This document shows, piece after piece, positions 8,340 to 19,935 of a DNA stretch of 64,000 bases. Made by a program: the position numbers and the translations under genes. The stretch covers positions 411,343 to 475,342 of the forward strand of contig LNEI01000018.1 of assembly GCA_001464455.1 (NCBI GenBank). The letters are read 5' to 3'. The notes below the pieces were generated by a model. It had not been told where the DNA came from. It worked only from the letters and a program-made list of their open reading frames with translations, and searched no databases. Position 1 is the stretch's first letter, and every line of letters begins with the position of its first letter. This DNA is from Acidobacteria bacterium Ga0077534. GTDB taxonomy: Bacteria; Acidobacteriota; Blastocatellia; Pyrinomonadales; Pyrinomonadaceae.

Positions 8340-10388
8340 TTAGTGCGGACTGGCAACGAGATTGCGGACGCGTTCCGCTACGTCGCGAAAATCAACGTCC
8401 TCAGCGTAAACCTGTTCGAAGTATCGAATTGCCTCGCTATCATCGCCCGCAGCCTCATGAGCGGTCGCAAGTTCGTACCACAATCCGTGATGCTCTTCAG
8501 TCGAGATGTCCGGTGTTTCCAGGGCTCGCTCAAACCATTTAATGGCATGTTTCGGCTGGTCGTTTAACAGAAAGCAGTGTCCGAGCAGGTTGGCACAGGA
8601 GAAGAATCGCCTTGTTCCATCATGCATCTCGACCCTACTTACAGCCTCCTGATATTCACGTATGGCCTCTTCCATTAAGCCCATTTCCTGGTAAGCAACC
8701 CCCATGTGGTAATGCGTTTCGTAGTCCTCGTCGGAGGTATCTTCAGCGGTTTCAAGGCCGAACTCCGACCGGATCTGGTCGATACCGATCGTGCTCGCGG
8801 TCACCTCGGGCGTTGCTTGCTCGACGACAACGGACGCGGATATCTTGGCCGGCTCGTCAAACTCGGCACCTATACGCCTTCGCAGCACCGCAAACTCTTC
8901 GCGGTCGCCAAACTCGGCCGCCAATTCCGAAAGGGCCTTCTCTGCCAGATCGTTGTAATCGTTTTCGATGTAAAAGTCGATGCTCTCAAGTTCCTTTTGG
9001 ATCTTCAGCTGATCGGCATGCGATAGATCAGATGGCTCCGGCATCAACTCGACGGTCTCTGTTTCTCGATGAAACTCGAACCCTGACGATGTTTCGATGA
9101 CCGTTCCCTCGACGACTTCGCCATTCGAGTGCTCGCCCGGGTCATCAGGCCCGAATGCGGACAGCCCTTCTGACAGGAATTCCGTTGCCGTGGTTTCGGT
9201 ATCCCCTTCTTCAAATCCAAACTGTTCGTTGATCTCGTTCAAACGATCGCGAAAACGCGTCTCATGCGGTCGGAGTACAACAAGATGGTTAAGTGCAAAT
9301 CGCTCGTCATCGATCGACTGCTTACTCGATGCTGATGAATACAGCCTTTCAAGCGAAAGTCGAAAGCCGTTTTCATCCTTGAGCCATGAGTTGTAACGAA
9401 CAAGCAACCGAAGTCCGCCGAGGTGTGCCGGATCGCGTTCAAGTATCTCGTTGATCCATTTTCCGCACTCGTCAGACTGGCCGCCGGCGAGCATGTACTC
9501 GGCAGACATGGTCAATATCCGAGCGGCCGATTCCGGATCGTTCACATTCAGATAGATGCGGATCAGGTCGAGGAATTTGGGGTAGTTCGCCGGTTCGATC
9601 TCAACCAATTTTACAACGGCACGCTCAGCACCTGCCGCATTCTGCGAATCGATACAGCACTCGATCAGCAGATATAAAACATCACGATTGTACGGCTCGT
9701 TTTCCAGGATCTCTTCGAGAAGTGCGGACGCCTTCTGAGCACGGCCCAAGGCTGTCTGAGCTTTAACGAGGCCGTTCAAAATGCGTAGATCGGTCGACTT
9801 GAGGTCAAAACCCTTCATCAACGCCCTTATTGCCTCTTCGTTCTTGCCCTGACGGCTAAACCTCGCACCCGCCTCCGCGTAGGCTTCGAGGGCTTCATCT
9901 TTCTGATTCTCCCGAATATAAGAATCGGCCAGATTCATGCAGACTTCCGTATTATTGGGGTCGAGCAAAGCGATCTGTTTGTACATCGCCAAGGCTTCGA
10001 GGCGGCGGCCGTTTTTCTGGTAGTGTTCTGCGAGCGTAGTGTAATGCGAACGAGCCTCGGCCAGCGATCCCTTGTTCTTGTGGAGTTCGGCAAGCTTCGC
10101 CGAAACCTCTATAGAATCGGGCTGAATGCGGGTGATCTTGTTGTATATCGCGATAGCCTTCTGCGAAAATCCCTGGGTGTTGTAATGGTCTGCGACCTGG
10201 AGATAACAGGCGACCGCCTCCTTTTTCTCAGCGTTTTTGGCGTAAAGATCGCCCAGCATGTTGAGCGTAGCGATGTCGCGAGGGTCGTTATCAACCACCG
10301 ACCGGTACTCCGCGATGGCCGCACGAAGCTTGCCTTGCGCAACGAACCGCTCCGCATTTCGCATCGCTTTTGCTTTATCGAAACTCAT
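8340..10388 (-). CDS. tetratricopeptide-repeat protein
   Basis: 682 aa. Many 34-aa TPR-like units occur at both ends (A..Y..v...dP.....n.LgdlY...g...eA), with an acidic linker in the middle. Confidence 0.75.
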   Translation of the reverse strand: MSFDKAKAMRNAERFVAQGKLRAAIAEYRSVVDNDPRDIATLNMLGDLYAKNAEKKEAVACYLQVADHYNTQGFSQKAIAIYNKITRIQPDSIEVSAKLAELHKNKGSLAEARSHYTTLAEHYQKNGRRLEALAMYKQIALLDPNNTEVCMNLADSYIRENQKDEALEAYAEAGARFSRQGKNEEAIRALMKGFDLKSTDLRILNGLVKAQTALGRAQKASALLEEILENEPYNRDVLYLLIECCIDSQNAAGAERAVVKLVEIEPANYPKFLDLIRIYLNVNDPESAARILTMSAEYMLAGGQSDECGKWINEILERDPAHLGGLRLLVRYNSWLKDENGFRLSLERLYSSASSKQSIDDERFALNHLVVLRPHETRFRDRLNEINEQFGFEEGDTETTATEFLSEGLSAFGPDDPGEHSNGEVVEGTVIETSSGFEFHRETETVELMPEPSDLSHADQLKIQKELESIDFYIENDYNDLAEKALSELAAEFGDREEFAVLRRRIGAEFDEPAKISASVVVEQATPEVTASTIGIDQIRSEFGLETAEDTSDEDYETHYHMGVAYQEMGLMEEAIREYQEAVSRVEMHDGTRRFFSCANLLGHCFLLNDQPKHAIKWFERALETPDISTEEHHGLWYELATAHEAAGDDSEAIRYFEQVYAEDVDFRDVAERVRNLVASPH

Positions 10389-10524
10389 TTATTTTGACTG
10401 TAAAAAGTAGGACTGCGGAACGCCTCTCCGCCGAGCACGCCTGATGGGACGTCAAATTTTCTGTGAGGAGTGCACAGGTTTCTAGCCAACCTGTATCAAA
10501 TAATCTAACACGCAGTTTCCAGCA

Positions 10525-10554
10525 GTGTCAATGTATTTTATAAATGTTTATACT
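10525..10554 (+). promoter_or_regulatory. possible sigma70-type promoter for the sugar nucleotidyltransferase gene
   Basis: GTGTCA, an 18-nt spacer, then TATACT, about 77 nt upstream of ATG 10631. Pattern match only. Confidence 0.25.
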
Positions 10555-10630
10555 TTTTTAACGCGTTTTCGTCGGCCATCTTTGATTTTTTCATCGTGGT
10601 TCCTTAGTCTGAAACTCCCAGAGAATTCTT

Positions 10631-11671
10631 ATGCAAGCGTTGATACTCGCCGGAGGCAAAGGTACCAGACTCAGGCCGCTTACGGTTTATACGCCCAAAC
10701 CCGTCGTTCCGGTCGTTAATCGCCCTTTTCTGCTTTACCAGATCGATGTTCTCCGTTCTGCCGGGGTAACTGATATCACGCTCTCGCTCAGCTATCAGCC
10801 TGACAAGATCGAACATATTCTCGGCAACGGTTCGGAATTTGGGGTCAATCTTCGCTATATCACTGAGCCGAGCCCGATGGGAACTGGCGGGGCGTACAAA
10901 TTTGCCGCCGAATCGCTCGGCGATACCACTATTGTTTTCAACGGTGACATTCTGACCAACCTCGATCTCACGAGCCTGATCGAGTTTCATAGAGCGAAGC
11001 AGGCCGCCGCAACGCTGGCTGTCGTGCCGGTCGAAGACATTTCTCGCTACGGCGTGATCGACATCGACGGCGAAGGCCGCATTACCAAATTTATCGAGAA
11101 GCCGCAGGGCGACGAGCTTTCCTCGCTTGCAATAAATACTGTTAACGCGGGTATTTACATCTTGGAGCCGGCGATTCTCGACCTAATTCCGACGGCTGTG
11201 TCCCGCTCGTTCGAATATGAGGTATTCCCCGAAATACTCGAAAATGACTTGCCCTTTTTCGGATATAATATGTCCGGATCGTACTGGCAGGACATCGGGA
11301 CGCCCGAAAATTATCTCAAGGCTCATCAAGATTTCCTCGCAGGCAAGATCAGCGGCTTCGATCTTGAAAAAACTGCTGTTTATGACGTCGCAACGCGCTC
11401 CGAAATTGACAAAGTTTCGATCATCGGCGAAGGCTGTAGCATCAAGCCCGGCGTTCGTATTAAGAACTCCGTGATCGGCCCCGGCGTCTATCTTGACGAG
11501 CGTTGTGTGGTCGAAGATTCCGTAATTTGGGCACACACACGTGTTTCGACCGCAGCACACATCAGGTCGTCGATCGTCGGCCGCAGCTGCCACATTGGAC
11601 GCAACGCGGTGGTCAGCGAGGGTTCGGTACTCGGAGACAAGACCACGCTGACCGACTATACCCGCGTTTAA
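10631..11671 (+). CDS. NDP-sugar pyrophosphorylase (mannose-1-phosphate guanylyltransferase-like) with C-terminal left-handed beta-helix
   Basis: MQALILAGGKGTRLRPLT..PKP nucleotidyltransferase signature, followed by hexapeptide-repeat-like IGEGCSIKPGVRIKNSVIGPGV. Confidence 0.85.
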   Translation: MQALILAGGKGTRLRPLTVYTPKPVVPVVNRPFLLYQIDVLRSAGVTDITLSLSYQPDKIEHILGNGSEFGVNLRYITEPSPMGTGGAYKFAAESLGDTTIVFNGDILTNLDLTSLIEFHRAKQAAATLAVVPVEDISRYGVIDIDGEGRITKFIEKPQGDELSSLAINTVNAGIYILEPAILDLIPTAVSRSFEYEVFPEILENDLPFFGYNMSGSYWQDIGTPENYLKAHQDFLAGKISGFDLEKTAVYDVATRSEIDKVSIIGEGCSIKPGVRIKNSVIGPGVYLDERCVVEDSVIWAHTRVSTAAHIRSSIVGRSCHIGRNAVVSEGSVLGDKTTLTDYTRV

Positions 11672-11674
11672 GAT

Positions 11675-12508
11675 ATGCCTGAACTTCCGGAAGTTGAATC
11701 CATTTCTCGCTCACTCGACGCCCTGGTTCGCGGACGGAGGATCGCAGCCGCCGAATTGCTTCGACAGCGGCTTGCTCCGGATGTCACATTTGATGGTTTC
11801 GCGGCAACTCTGCGGGATCGCACGATCAATTTTGTCCACCGGCGCGGAAAGCACATTCTTTTTGACCTGACCGGCGACACCACTCTTATAGTTCATTTGA
11901 GAATGAGCGGCCGGTTTTCCCTGCTTCCGGCTGAGCGAGAGAACCCGAAGTTTACCCACGCCCAATTTCACCTGGACGGCGGTGACCGGCTTGTATTTGA
12001 CGACCAGCGACATTTTGGCTTGATGAAGATCGTACCGACCGCACAGCTTTTTGAGTCAAAAGAGCTGGCAAAACTTGCTCCGGAACCGTTCTCCGACGAG
12101 TTTTCGACCGGATATTTTTGTGGCGTTCTCAAAGCGTCTAAAAAGCCGCTAAAAGAGTTGCTACTCGATCAAACCAGAGTCTGCGGCGTCGGGAATATCT
12201 ACGCCAGCGAAGCGATGTTTGCTGCCGGCATTCATCCGGGTATCCGTGCCGAAGTGGTCTCGAAACCACGGGCGGCTCGCCTTCGCGAAGCGGTGATTGC
12301 CGTACTTCGTGAGGCAGTCGATTTTGCCGCGACACTCCCGGTCGACCCTGAGAATCTCGAAGGCAGCTATTTCAGCGGCAGCGATGACCCGAAGTGGTAC
12401 GTGTACGACCGTGAAAACGAGCCCTGTCGCAATTGCAATTCGCCGATAATTCGGATAAAACAAGCGGGTCGTTCGACATATTTTTGCCGCATATGCCAGC
12501 GGCGTTGA
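11675..12508 (+). CDS. mutM: formamidopyrimidine-DNA glycosylase
   Basis: N-terminal MPELPEVE, an H2TH region, and the C-terminal zinc finger CRNCNSPI...GRSTYFCRICQ. Confidence 0.93.
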   Translation: MPELPEVESISRSLDALVRGRRIAAAELLRQRLAPDVTFDGFAATLRDRTINFVHRRGKHILFDLTGDTTLIVHLRMSGRFSLLPAERENPKFTHAQFHLDGGDRLVFDDQRHFGLMKIVPTAQLFESKELAKLAPEPFSDEFSTGYFCGVLKASKKPLKELLLDQTRVCGVGNIYASEAMFAAGIHPGIRAEVVSKPRAARLREAVIAVLREAVDFAATLPVDPENLEGSYFSGSDDPKWYVYDRENEPCRNCNSPIIRIKQAGRSTYFCRICQRR

Positions 12509-12533
12509 GTTTTTCGCCGCGAAGGAGTTTCAA

Positions 12534-13172
12534 ATGCCTAAAAAGATTGCCAGCACACTGTTCTCGATCGTCTTGATCGCGCTTCTTTCCTCCGCAGCAC
12601 TTGCCTGTGCCTGCTGTGCAGAACGGGGAACGTATATCGTCTGGACCGGCAGAGTCGAGAGCTTTCAGGTCGATCTGCTCAAGGAGATGAAATTCTCGGA
12701 GAAGGCAGAACTCTACATGACCGAAGCGGGGTTTGATGGCATTACAGGCATCAATATGATCGAGGCGGACCTCGGCACCGGCCCCGAACCGCCGCTCGAT
12801 CTGGTTGACGCGTTTACGGGATCTGCGTGGACACTCCGATTCAAAACACCGACGGGCCGCGCTGGTTCCCTCGTCCTGCCCAGGCCGGCCCGCTTAACTG
12901 TTCGCAAGGTCGATTACCCCGACAATAACTCGACTGCGGCCAATGTGGTTCTTTACAAGGAGTTTATCTTCACCGGCCGCGTGCGTTCCGGTTCGGGCTT
13001 TTTCAAAGCAAGCGTGTCGAATTCACCGAAATTCACGCTCATCTTCATGGGCCGCGGCAACGGCTGCGACAACGCCGAAGACTTCACCAACTGGCATTTG
13101 GCTATCGACGGGACGAAGGCAGATTATGCTTTCTTTGGAAAAATGAAGGCAGCCGGATCAAACGCGCGATAA
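12534..13172 (+). CDS. hypothetical secreted protein
   Basis: Signal peptide MPKKIASTLFSIVLIALLSSAALA followed by CACCAERG. No recognisable domain. Confidence 0.5.
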   Translation: MPKKIASTLFSIVLIALLSSAALACACCAERGTYIVWTGRVESFQVDLLKEMKFSEKAELYMTEAGFDGITGINMIEADLGTGPEPPLDLVDAFTGSAWTLRFKTPTGRAGSLVLPRPARLTVRKVDYPDNNSTAANVVLYKEFIFTGRVRSGSGFFKASVSNSPKFTLIFMGRGNGCDNAEDFTNWHLAIDGTKADYAFFGKMKAAGSNAR

Positions 13173-13181
13173 ATTAAAAAA

Positions 13182-13215
13182 GACAGGGCCCGACGTGCTG
13201 CCGCCGGGCCCTGTC
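13182..13215. terminator. bidirectional stem-loop between convergent genes
   Basis: GACAGGGCCCG-N12-CGGGCCCTGTC forms an 11-bp stem. It is preceded by an A-run, so it is U-rich when read on the minus strand. Confidence 0.65.
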
Positions 13216-13232
13216 AAGAGTCGAACTGGAAG

Positions 13233-16200
13233 TTATTCCTGTCCAATAAAGTCAACGTTAGCCAGGCTATCGTTAACGTTCAGTACCCGCGATGCAAAGC
13301 GGTATCGTCGTGATGCCGCATTGACGATGTAAGTCCTACCGGACTCTACACCTTCAAACGTATACACGCCGAATGAGCTCGTTAGAGCAGTTCGGCGGAC
13401 TCCTTCCGAATCCGTCATAGCAACAGTCACGCCGCGAATGCCCTGACCGGCAGACGTTGTAACACGTCCCGTGACAGTTACATCAGCTGCAGTGGTGCCG
13501 CCGATGATGACGTTACCAACCTCAAAAGTGGTTGCAAGCAACACACCCTGCGCGTTCGAGACGCTCTGTACCGTCGGCGAACTGCTAAAGGTGATCGGGT
13601 ACGTTCCATTCGCAGCATTCGCCGCAACGTTGAACGTGATCGTTACCATCTGCCGGGTGCCGACGGCATAAGTATTAGTCGAATCGACCAAAATACCTAC
13701 CCTACCCGCTGCAACCTGGTTCAGGTTGGTATTGACCACCGACCCGCTTGGAACTCCCGAGCCGAGAGTTACAACCGGATTGCTCAACACCGTAGGATCG
13801 AAGTTGACGGTATAACTCGCCGAAGCTTCGTCACCCTGCGAATCGAGCTGGATCGTAACGACAACCGTTTGCCCCGCAACGCCGTTGGCATTGGTCGAAC
13901 GGATTATACGGCCCACAGCCTGACCGACTGGATCCGACTGAATTCCGGCAACCGAAGACGGTGTTGGAGTTGGAGTCGGCGTCGGTGTTGTGCTTGGGCC
14001 AGTTGGCCCACAGGCAGTTGTCGGCACCAAGGCACCAAGAATGAACTGACGAACAATAGTCACATCGGCCGCATTTATCATTCCGTCCCCGCACGTACCA
14101 TTAACATCGGCTCGCTGGAACTGGCTCGCATTGACCGGGGTCAAAGTGCCAAGAACAAACTGGCGGATTACCGATATGTCATTCGCGAGCACTCGCCCGT
14201 CACCGTTCGGCCCTCCGTCTGCGTCAACGACGTCACCCTCGAGAGCTGAAAACGGCGTCGGAGTTGCAACTGGCGTAGCTGTTGGTGAAGGCGTAGCCGT
14301 TGGTGTCGGCGTAGGTGTCGGCGTATTTGCCGGGGTTGGTGTCGGCGAGCCAGAGACGTCATCGTTGAAGATAGTCCCGATACCATTACCCTTAGTGATT
14401 ATCATTGCATCGTCGCCGCTGACGTATGTGAGTCTAACGGTAAACGTTTCGTCCGGTTCAAAGGCGGTATCGCCGTTGACCAGAACAGTGATCTTCTGCA
14501 CGGTATCAGTGCGTCTCGTAAACGTTAACGTTCCCGAAGTCGCCTGATAGTCATTGTTGGCTACCGCAGCAGTGCCGTCGATCGTCGTATATCCGATGAT
14601 GATGGACTGGCCCAGGGCCGGACGCGATGAGATATTCACATCGAAGACGAACTCGGTCGTTCCTGAGTTTCCCTCTCCCTTAAGGACGTCATTAATAAAT
14701 GCCGTCCTAACGGTCGGAGTTGGGGTAGGCGTTACAGTCGGCGTTGGGGTCGGCGTCGGCGTTGCCGTTGGTGTCGGCGTTGGTGTCGGCGTCGCCGAAC
14801 TTGCAAAACCGATCACTGCGGTGAGTCCGGTGCTGTCGCTGTTGTAGCTTGCATTTGCACCATAACCGACGCTGAAGTCGATGATGTCGCCCGCTGCCAA
14901 CGTAACTGCCGCCGTATTGAATGGCTCAACATCTCCAAAGCCGTCGACGTTGCCAGAGAAAAGCTCGATACCGTCTACTAAGCCTTCAGGAGCATTCAAC
15001 ACAGGCATTGCCGAACGCTGAATGACCCGCACGTCGGTCGTTGTTCCGCCCGTGTCTATCCCCTCAAACTGTCCGTTGATCGTATAGTTTCCAGCGACAG
15101 GAGCAGTGAATCTGACCACCGCACGCTCGCCGAGCGGTCCGGGATGCAGATTTAGTTCTAGCGGGTCCTGAACAATGGTGCCGTAAGTGATCGTCGTGTT
15201 TGTTCGATTAGCAAAGACGGCCGGCACGAGGTCTGCATCAGGCTCATCGCGATGCCATCTGTCGATACCCGCAACTGGCTCATTTGCACTTGCGAATGGG
15301 AACGTAAGCAGAGGCGAGCTTGGATCAGACGTAGTAGTATTGCCGTACGTATACTCGCAGTTCGGATTCGAAGCGAGCGAAAAATCGTCCGCTAGTTCGT
15401 AAGGTGCCGTGCTCGTCGTACAATCTCGCGGAAGATCCGGTGAGCACGCCGAAGGAGCAGTTAAGAACGGATCGAAATCAACATTGGTCGAAACCAGATC
15501 GCCGCTGCCCGGTCCAACCGGTCCCGGACCATTCGCTGCACCCCAGTAGTTGTTCTCGGCATTGGCGGATGTTGCACTTAGATTCTGAACACCAAACGTC
15601 GTATTGCCAAAAATGTTGTTCTGGTTAATGTTGATGCCGCCGACCGCTGTTGCTGAGACAAGAACGCCGATCGAGTTAGCGGTGAAATTGTTGCAGGTCA
15701 CATTCGAAACAACTGCGCCATCAGCTTGAAAGCCGGTTGCATTGCTGTTGAAACGGTTGTTCTGCACCAAAAGCCCTGTCGAAGAACCAGTGTTAAGGAT
15801 CTCGCTCCACAATCCGCGGGCGAGATCGGAGAGGTTGTTTCCGTTGATCGAAGCATTGACGACCGTACCGCGCAAACGAATTCCGTTGCTAGTCGCTCCG
15901 TCAATTCCGCTGATGCGGTTGCCGCTGACTACCGCATTTTCGATCGTACCCATCGTCTGGCTTGCTGCGATCGAGCCGTTCGAAAGCGATATACCGGTGC
16001 GGGTGGCCCCGAGAGCGGTGATCATATTGTCCGTGATCGAAACGTTTGAATAGCCGCCCGTCGAACCCTGGAATCCAGCAGAAAAGCTGATAGCGCCGGT
16101 ATTTGGACTATTGAAGGTGTTATTGGCAACACGTTGCTGGCCCGCGACGTTATTCCCGTCGTAGGTGAAGTTAAAATAACCGGTCGCAAAATTTCCTGAG

Positions 16201-17588
16201 ATCGTGTTGCTGAAAACATCAGTTGACGATTGCGGGCGTTCGATCAGGATCGGGTTGAACGCGTTGTTTAGAAATTCGTTGTTGTTGACGACGATCGGGC
16301 CGCGTGGACGATCTGTATAAAGACCGTAGTCGGCAAGGTTTACACCTTGAAACCTATTGTTAGCTATCGTGATGGTCGGATCCGGCGAAACCTGTTTCGC
16401 GAAGATCAGATATCGCGAACTGCCGGTCAGACCAGGCCCCCTAACCGTAAATCCTGAGAAACTAGCGTCGCCAGTCTCGGTCAACGGAAGGTCGATGCGC
16501 ACCAGGCCAGCAGATGCTAATGCAGCACCACCACCGTCGATGATCGTATTTTCAGATCCGGACCCGACAACTGCGATCGATTTTTGGATCAGAATCTGTG
16601 CTTCGTTGTATGTTCCGGGACAAACTTTTACCGTGTCGCCAGGATTTGCCGCATTCACCGCAGCCTGTATCGTTAGCTGCGCGACATCCGTTGCGTCACA
16701 ATCAGTCGCACTCGCCAAGCCATCATCATCTACAACTACAGTTGCATTGCCCGGCTCAAAATCGTAGACAGTTCCGTTAAAGTTGAAAAGATCGGTCTCC
16801 ACATTGTAGCTCTGATTGAACGTTCCAACCTGCACTCCGTAGCCGATCACGACGGCATTTGGAAACGTCGTCTGGATGAACGAAAGCGAATAGAATGGCG
16901 GTCCACCGGCTCCCGCAACGACCGACGGGCTGCCCGGATCAGCCGGACAAGTCACGCTGCGTGAAGAATAGAACATTCCCTGGTCGACGTCCTGAAATTC
17001 GAAAACGCCCGGAACTATTGGCGGATTCGGCCCCGTACCATTCTTCTGGTAAGGCTCATAAACCAGCGTCGTAAAGCCCGTCGTTCCGCCGCAAAGGTAA
17101 ATCGGCAGTTGGAATGACGGTGCCGCAACTGGCGGGCCGCTAACCTGCTTTGTGTAATAACTTAGGTCGGTGACACTGGTCAGAAGCGTACCCGAGGGAG
17201 CGGCATGCGAGAAATTTGCTCGTGCTGTATTGGTTGCATCGGTTGTCATCCGCAATGCACCTCGGCCCGCCGGAGCTGTGGCATCAAAAACAAAATCGAT
17301 GGCCCCGCCCGCAGTGGTTGAGGATACCCATCCCTGCAGGTCAGCCGGTGTAACGACAATATTAGCAGGCGCTCCTGCTGGCCTTGTGTCGTCAGCCGCT
17401 GCACTTACATTGCTGGTTGTATTGAATAATGATGTGAATGATTCAAAAAATGACGGCGAAGCGGCGCTAGCCGCCGCGGCCGAGAATGTTAAAATAGAAA
17501 TGCCTATCACGGCAATCAAACCCCATACGGTTCGATTTCGGATAGACCGAACATAAGACGCCATGAGCGCTAAGTTTTTTGTACGCAT
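13233..17588 (-). CDS. giant secreted multidomain protein: parallel beta-helix (PbH1) region, Calx-beta, dockerin-like, cohesin-like, CarboxypepD_reg-like, joined by PT linkers
   Basis: 1451 aa. N-terminal signal/TM segment. The beta-helix region has repeated N..I.GN / N.F..N units (about 15490-16690). Calx-beta: VLKGEGNSGTTEFVFDV...DYQATSGTLTF...EPDETFTVRL (about 14350-14710). Dockerin duplicated segment: DADGGPNGDGRVLANDISVIRQFVLG and ADVNGTCGDGMINAADVTIVRQFILG (about 14010-14250). Cohesin-like: GQTVVVTIQLDS...YTVNFDPTVL...GTRQMVTITFNVAANAANGTYPITF (about 13500-13955). C-terminal VTVTGRVTTSAGQGIRGVTVAM...FGVYTFEGV. Confidence 0.8.
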   Translation of the reverse strand: MRTKNLALMASYVRSIRNRTVWGLIAVIGISILTFSAAAASAASPSFFESFTSLFNTTSNVSAAADDTRPAGAPANIVVTPADLQGWVSSTTAGGAIDFVFDATAPAGRGALRMTTDATNTARANFSHAAPSGTLLTSVTDLSYYTKQVSGPPVAAPSFQLPIYLCGGTTGFTTLVYEPYQKNGTGPNPPIVPGVFEFQDVDQGMFYSSRSVTCPADPGSPSVVAGAGGPPFYSLSFIQTTFPNAVVIGYGVQVGTFNQSYNVETDLFNFNGTVYDFEPGNATVVVDDDGLASATDCDATDVAQLTIQAAVNAANPGDTVKVCPGTYNEAQILIQKSIAVVGSGSENTIIDGGGAALASAGLVRIDLPLTETGDASFSGFTVRGPGLTGSSRYLIFAKQVSPDPTITIANNRFQGVNLADYGLYTDRPRGPIVVNNNEFLNNAFNPILIERPQSSTDVFSNTISGNFATGYFNFTYDGNNVAGQQRVANNTFNSPNTGAISFSAGFQGSTGGYSNVSITDNMITALGATRTGISLSNGSIAASQTMGTIENAVVSGNRISGIDGATSNGIRLRGTVVNASINGNNLSDLARGLWSEILNTGSSTGLLVQNNRFNSNATGFQADGAVVSNVTCNNFTANSIGVLVSATAVGGININQNNIFGNTTFGVQNLSATSANAENNYWGAANGPGPVGPGSGDLVSTNVDFDPFLTAPSACSPDLPRDCTTSTAPYELADDFSLASNPNCEYTYGNTTTSDPSSPLLTFPFASANEPVAGIDRWHRDEPDADLVPAVFANRTNTTITYGTIVQDPLELNLHPGPLGERAVVRFTAPVAGNYTINGQFEGIDTGGTTTDVRVIQRSAMPVLNAPEGLVDGIELFSGNVDGFGDVEPFNTAAVTLAAGDIIDFSVGYGANASYNSDSTGLTAVIGFASSATPTPTPTPTATPTPTPTPTVTPTPTPTVRTAFINDVLKGEGNSGTTEFVFDVNISSRPALGQSIIIGYTTIDGTAAVANNDYQATSGTLTFTRRTDTVQKITVLVNGDTAFEPDETFTVRLTYVSGDDAMIITKGNGIGTIFNDDVSGSPTPTPANTPTPTPTPTATPSPTATPVATPTPFSALEGDVVDADGGPNGDGRVLANDISVIRQFVLGTLTPVNASQFQRADVNGTCGDGMINAADVTIVRQFILGALVPTTACGPTGPSTTPTPTPTPTPSSVAGIQSDPVGQAVGRIIRSTNANGVAGQTVVVTIQLDSQGDEASASYTVNFDPTVLSNPVVTLGSGVPSGSVVNTNLNQVAAGRVGILVDSTNTYAVGTRQMVTITFNVAANAANGTYPITFSSSPTVQSVSNAQGVLLATTFEVGNVIIGGTTAADVTVTGRVTTSAGQGIRGVTVAMTDSEGVRRTALTSSFGVYTFEGVESGRTYIVNAASRRYRFASRVLNVNDSLANVDFIGQE
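14253..14350 (-). repeat. Pro/Thr linker-coding low-complexity repeat
   Basis: (ACN CCN)n, encoding SPTPTPANTPTPTPTPTATPSPTATPVATPTP. A third, shorter linker lies at about 13957-14010. Confidence 0.8.
14712..14795 (-). repeat. Pro/Thr linker-coding low-complexity repeat
   Basis: Encodes ATPTPTPTPTATPTPTPTPTVTPTPTPT. It shows up as poly-GV in the plus-strand shadow ORF 14554..14847. Confidence 0.8.
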
Positions 17589-17958
17589 AAATTACTGATC
17601 CCCCTGGAACGAATATCAAACTACCGTGCAGACGGTGCCAAACGCCCGCCTACGAACTCACCGGCCATTTCTGTACCGTAATTTAGCGATTTGAACATTA
17701 GGGAAAGCATTAGTCTGTGCGACAGCAAACTTATCGGATAATAAGTTTCAATTATACAGCCTTGGCCAGCTTGATTGGCGTCCGTCAGCCGGGCACCGTG
17801 ACACGCTTGACAGTATTAACTGAAAAGAACATCATCGTATCTAATCTTCGTGGTGAGTTAATGCGACTTGCGACCACGTTAAATAATCCGCTAAACAGCT
17901 TAAAAGACATCGTTTGTAAGAAAGGTCTCGCTGTTTATCGGCGGGGCTTTTCTCTTGG

Positions 17959-18035
17959 GATCTTTGACCTTGGACCTTTGATCTTTGACTGGAACAAAGA
18001 TCGAAGTTCTAAGATCAAAGATCAAAGATCAAAAA
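17959..18035 (+). promoter_or_regulatory. GATC-rich heptamer repeat / imperfect long hairpin abutting the yitJ-like start codon
   Basis: Six GATC sites fall within 72 nt. Three tandem AAGATCA units lie at 18011-18031. Inverse copies GATCTTTGA (17959-17967) and TTTGATCTTTGA (17977-17988) lie upstream. The inner stem is GATCTTTG-actggaa-CAAAGATC. Confidence 0.4.
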
Positions 18036-19928
<1,893 letters not shown>

Positions 19929-19935
19929 CGAGGAT

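Noticed and set aside
13957-14795. PT-coding repeats in the giant gene as mobile or microsatellite elements or contingency loci
   Set aside because: They are imperfect (ACN CCN)n stretches that encode typical Pro/Thr interdomain linkers in frame. There is no sign of frame-shifting homopolymers.
17589-18035. SAM-I, SAM-II or SAH riboswitch in the yitJ-like leader
   Set aside because: I could not find the SAM-I GAGGGA/GCAACC core, the SAH GAGGAGCG core, or a convincing SAM-II AAAGCU pseudoknot. It is left as an unexplained leader rather than a called riboswitch.
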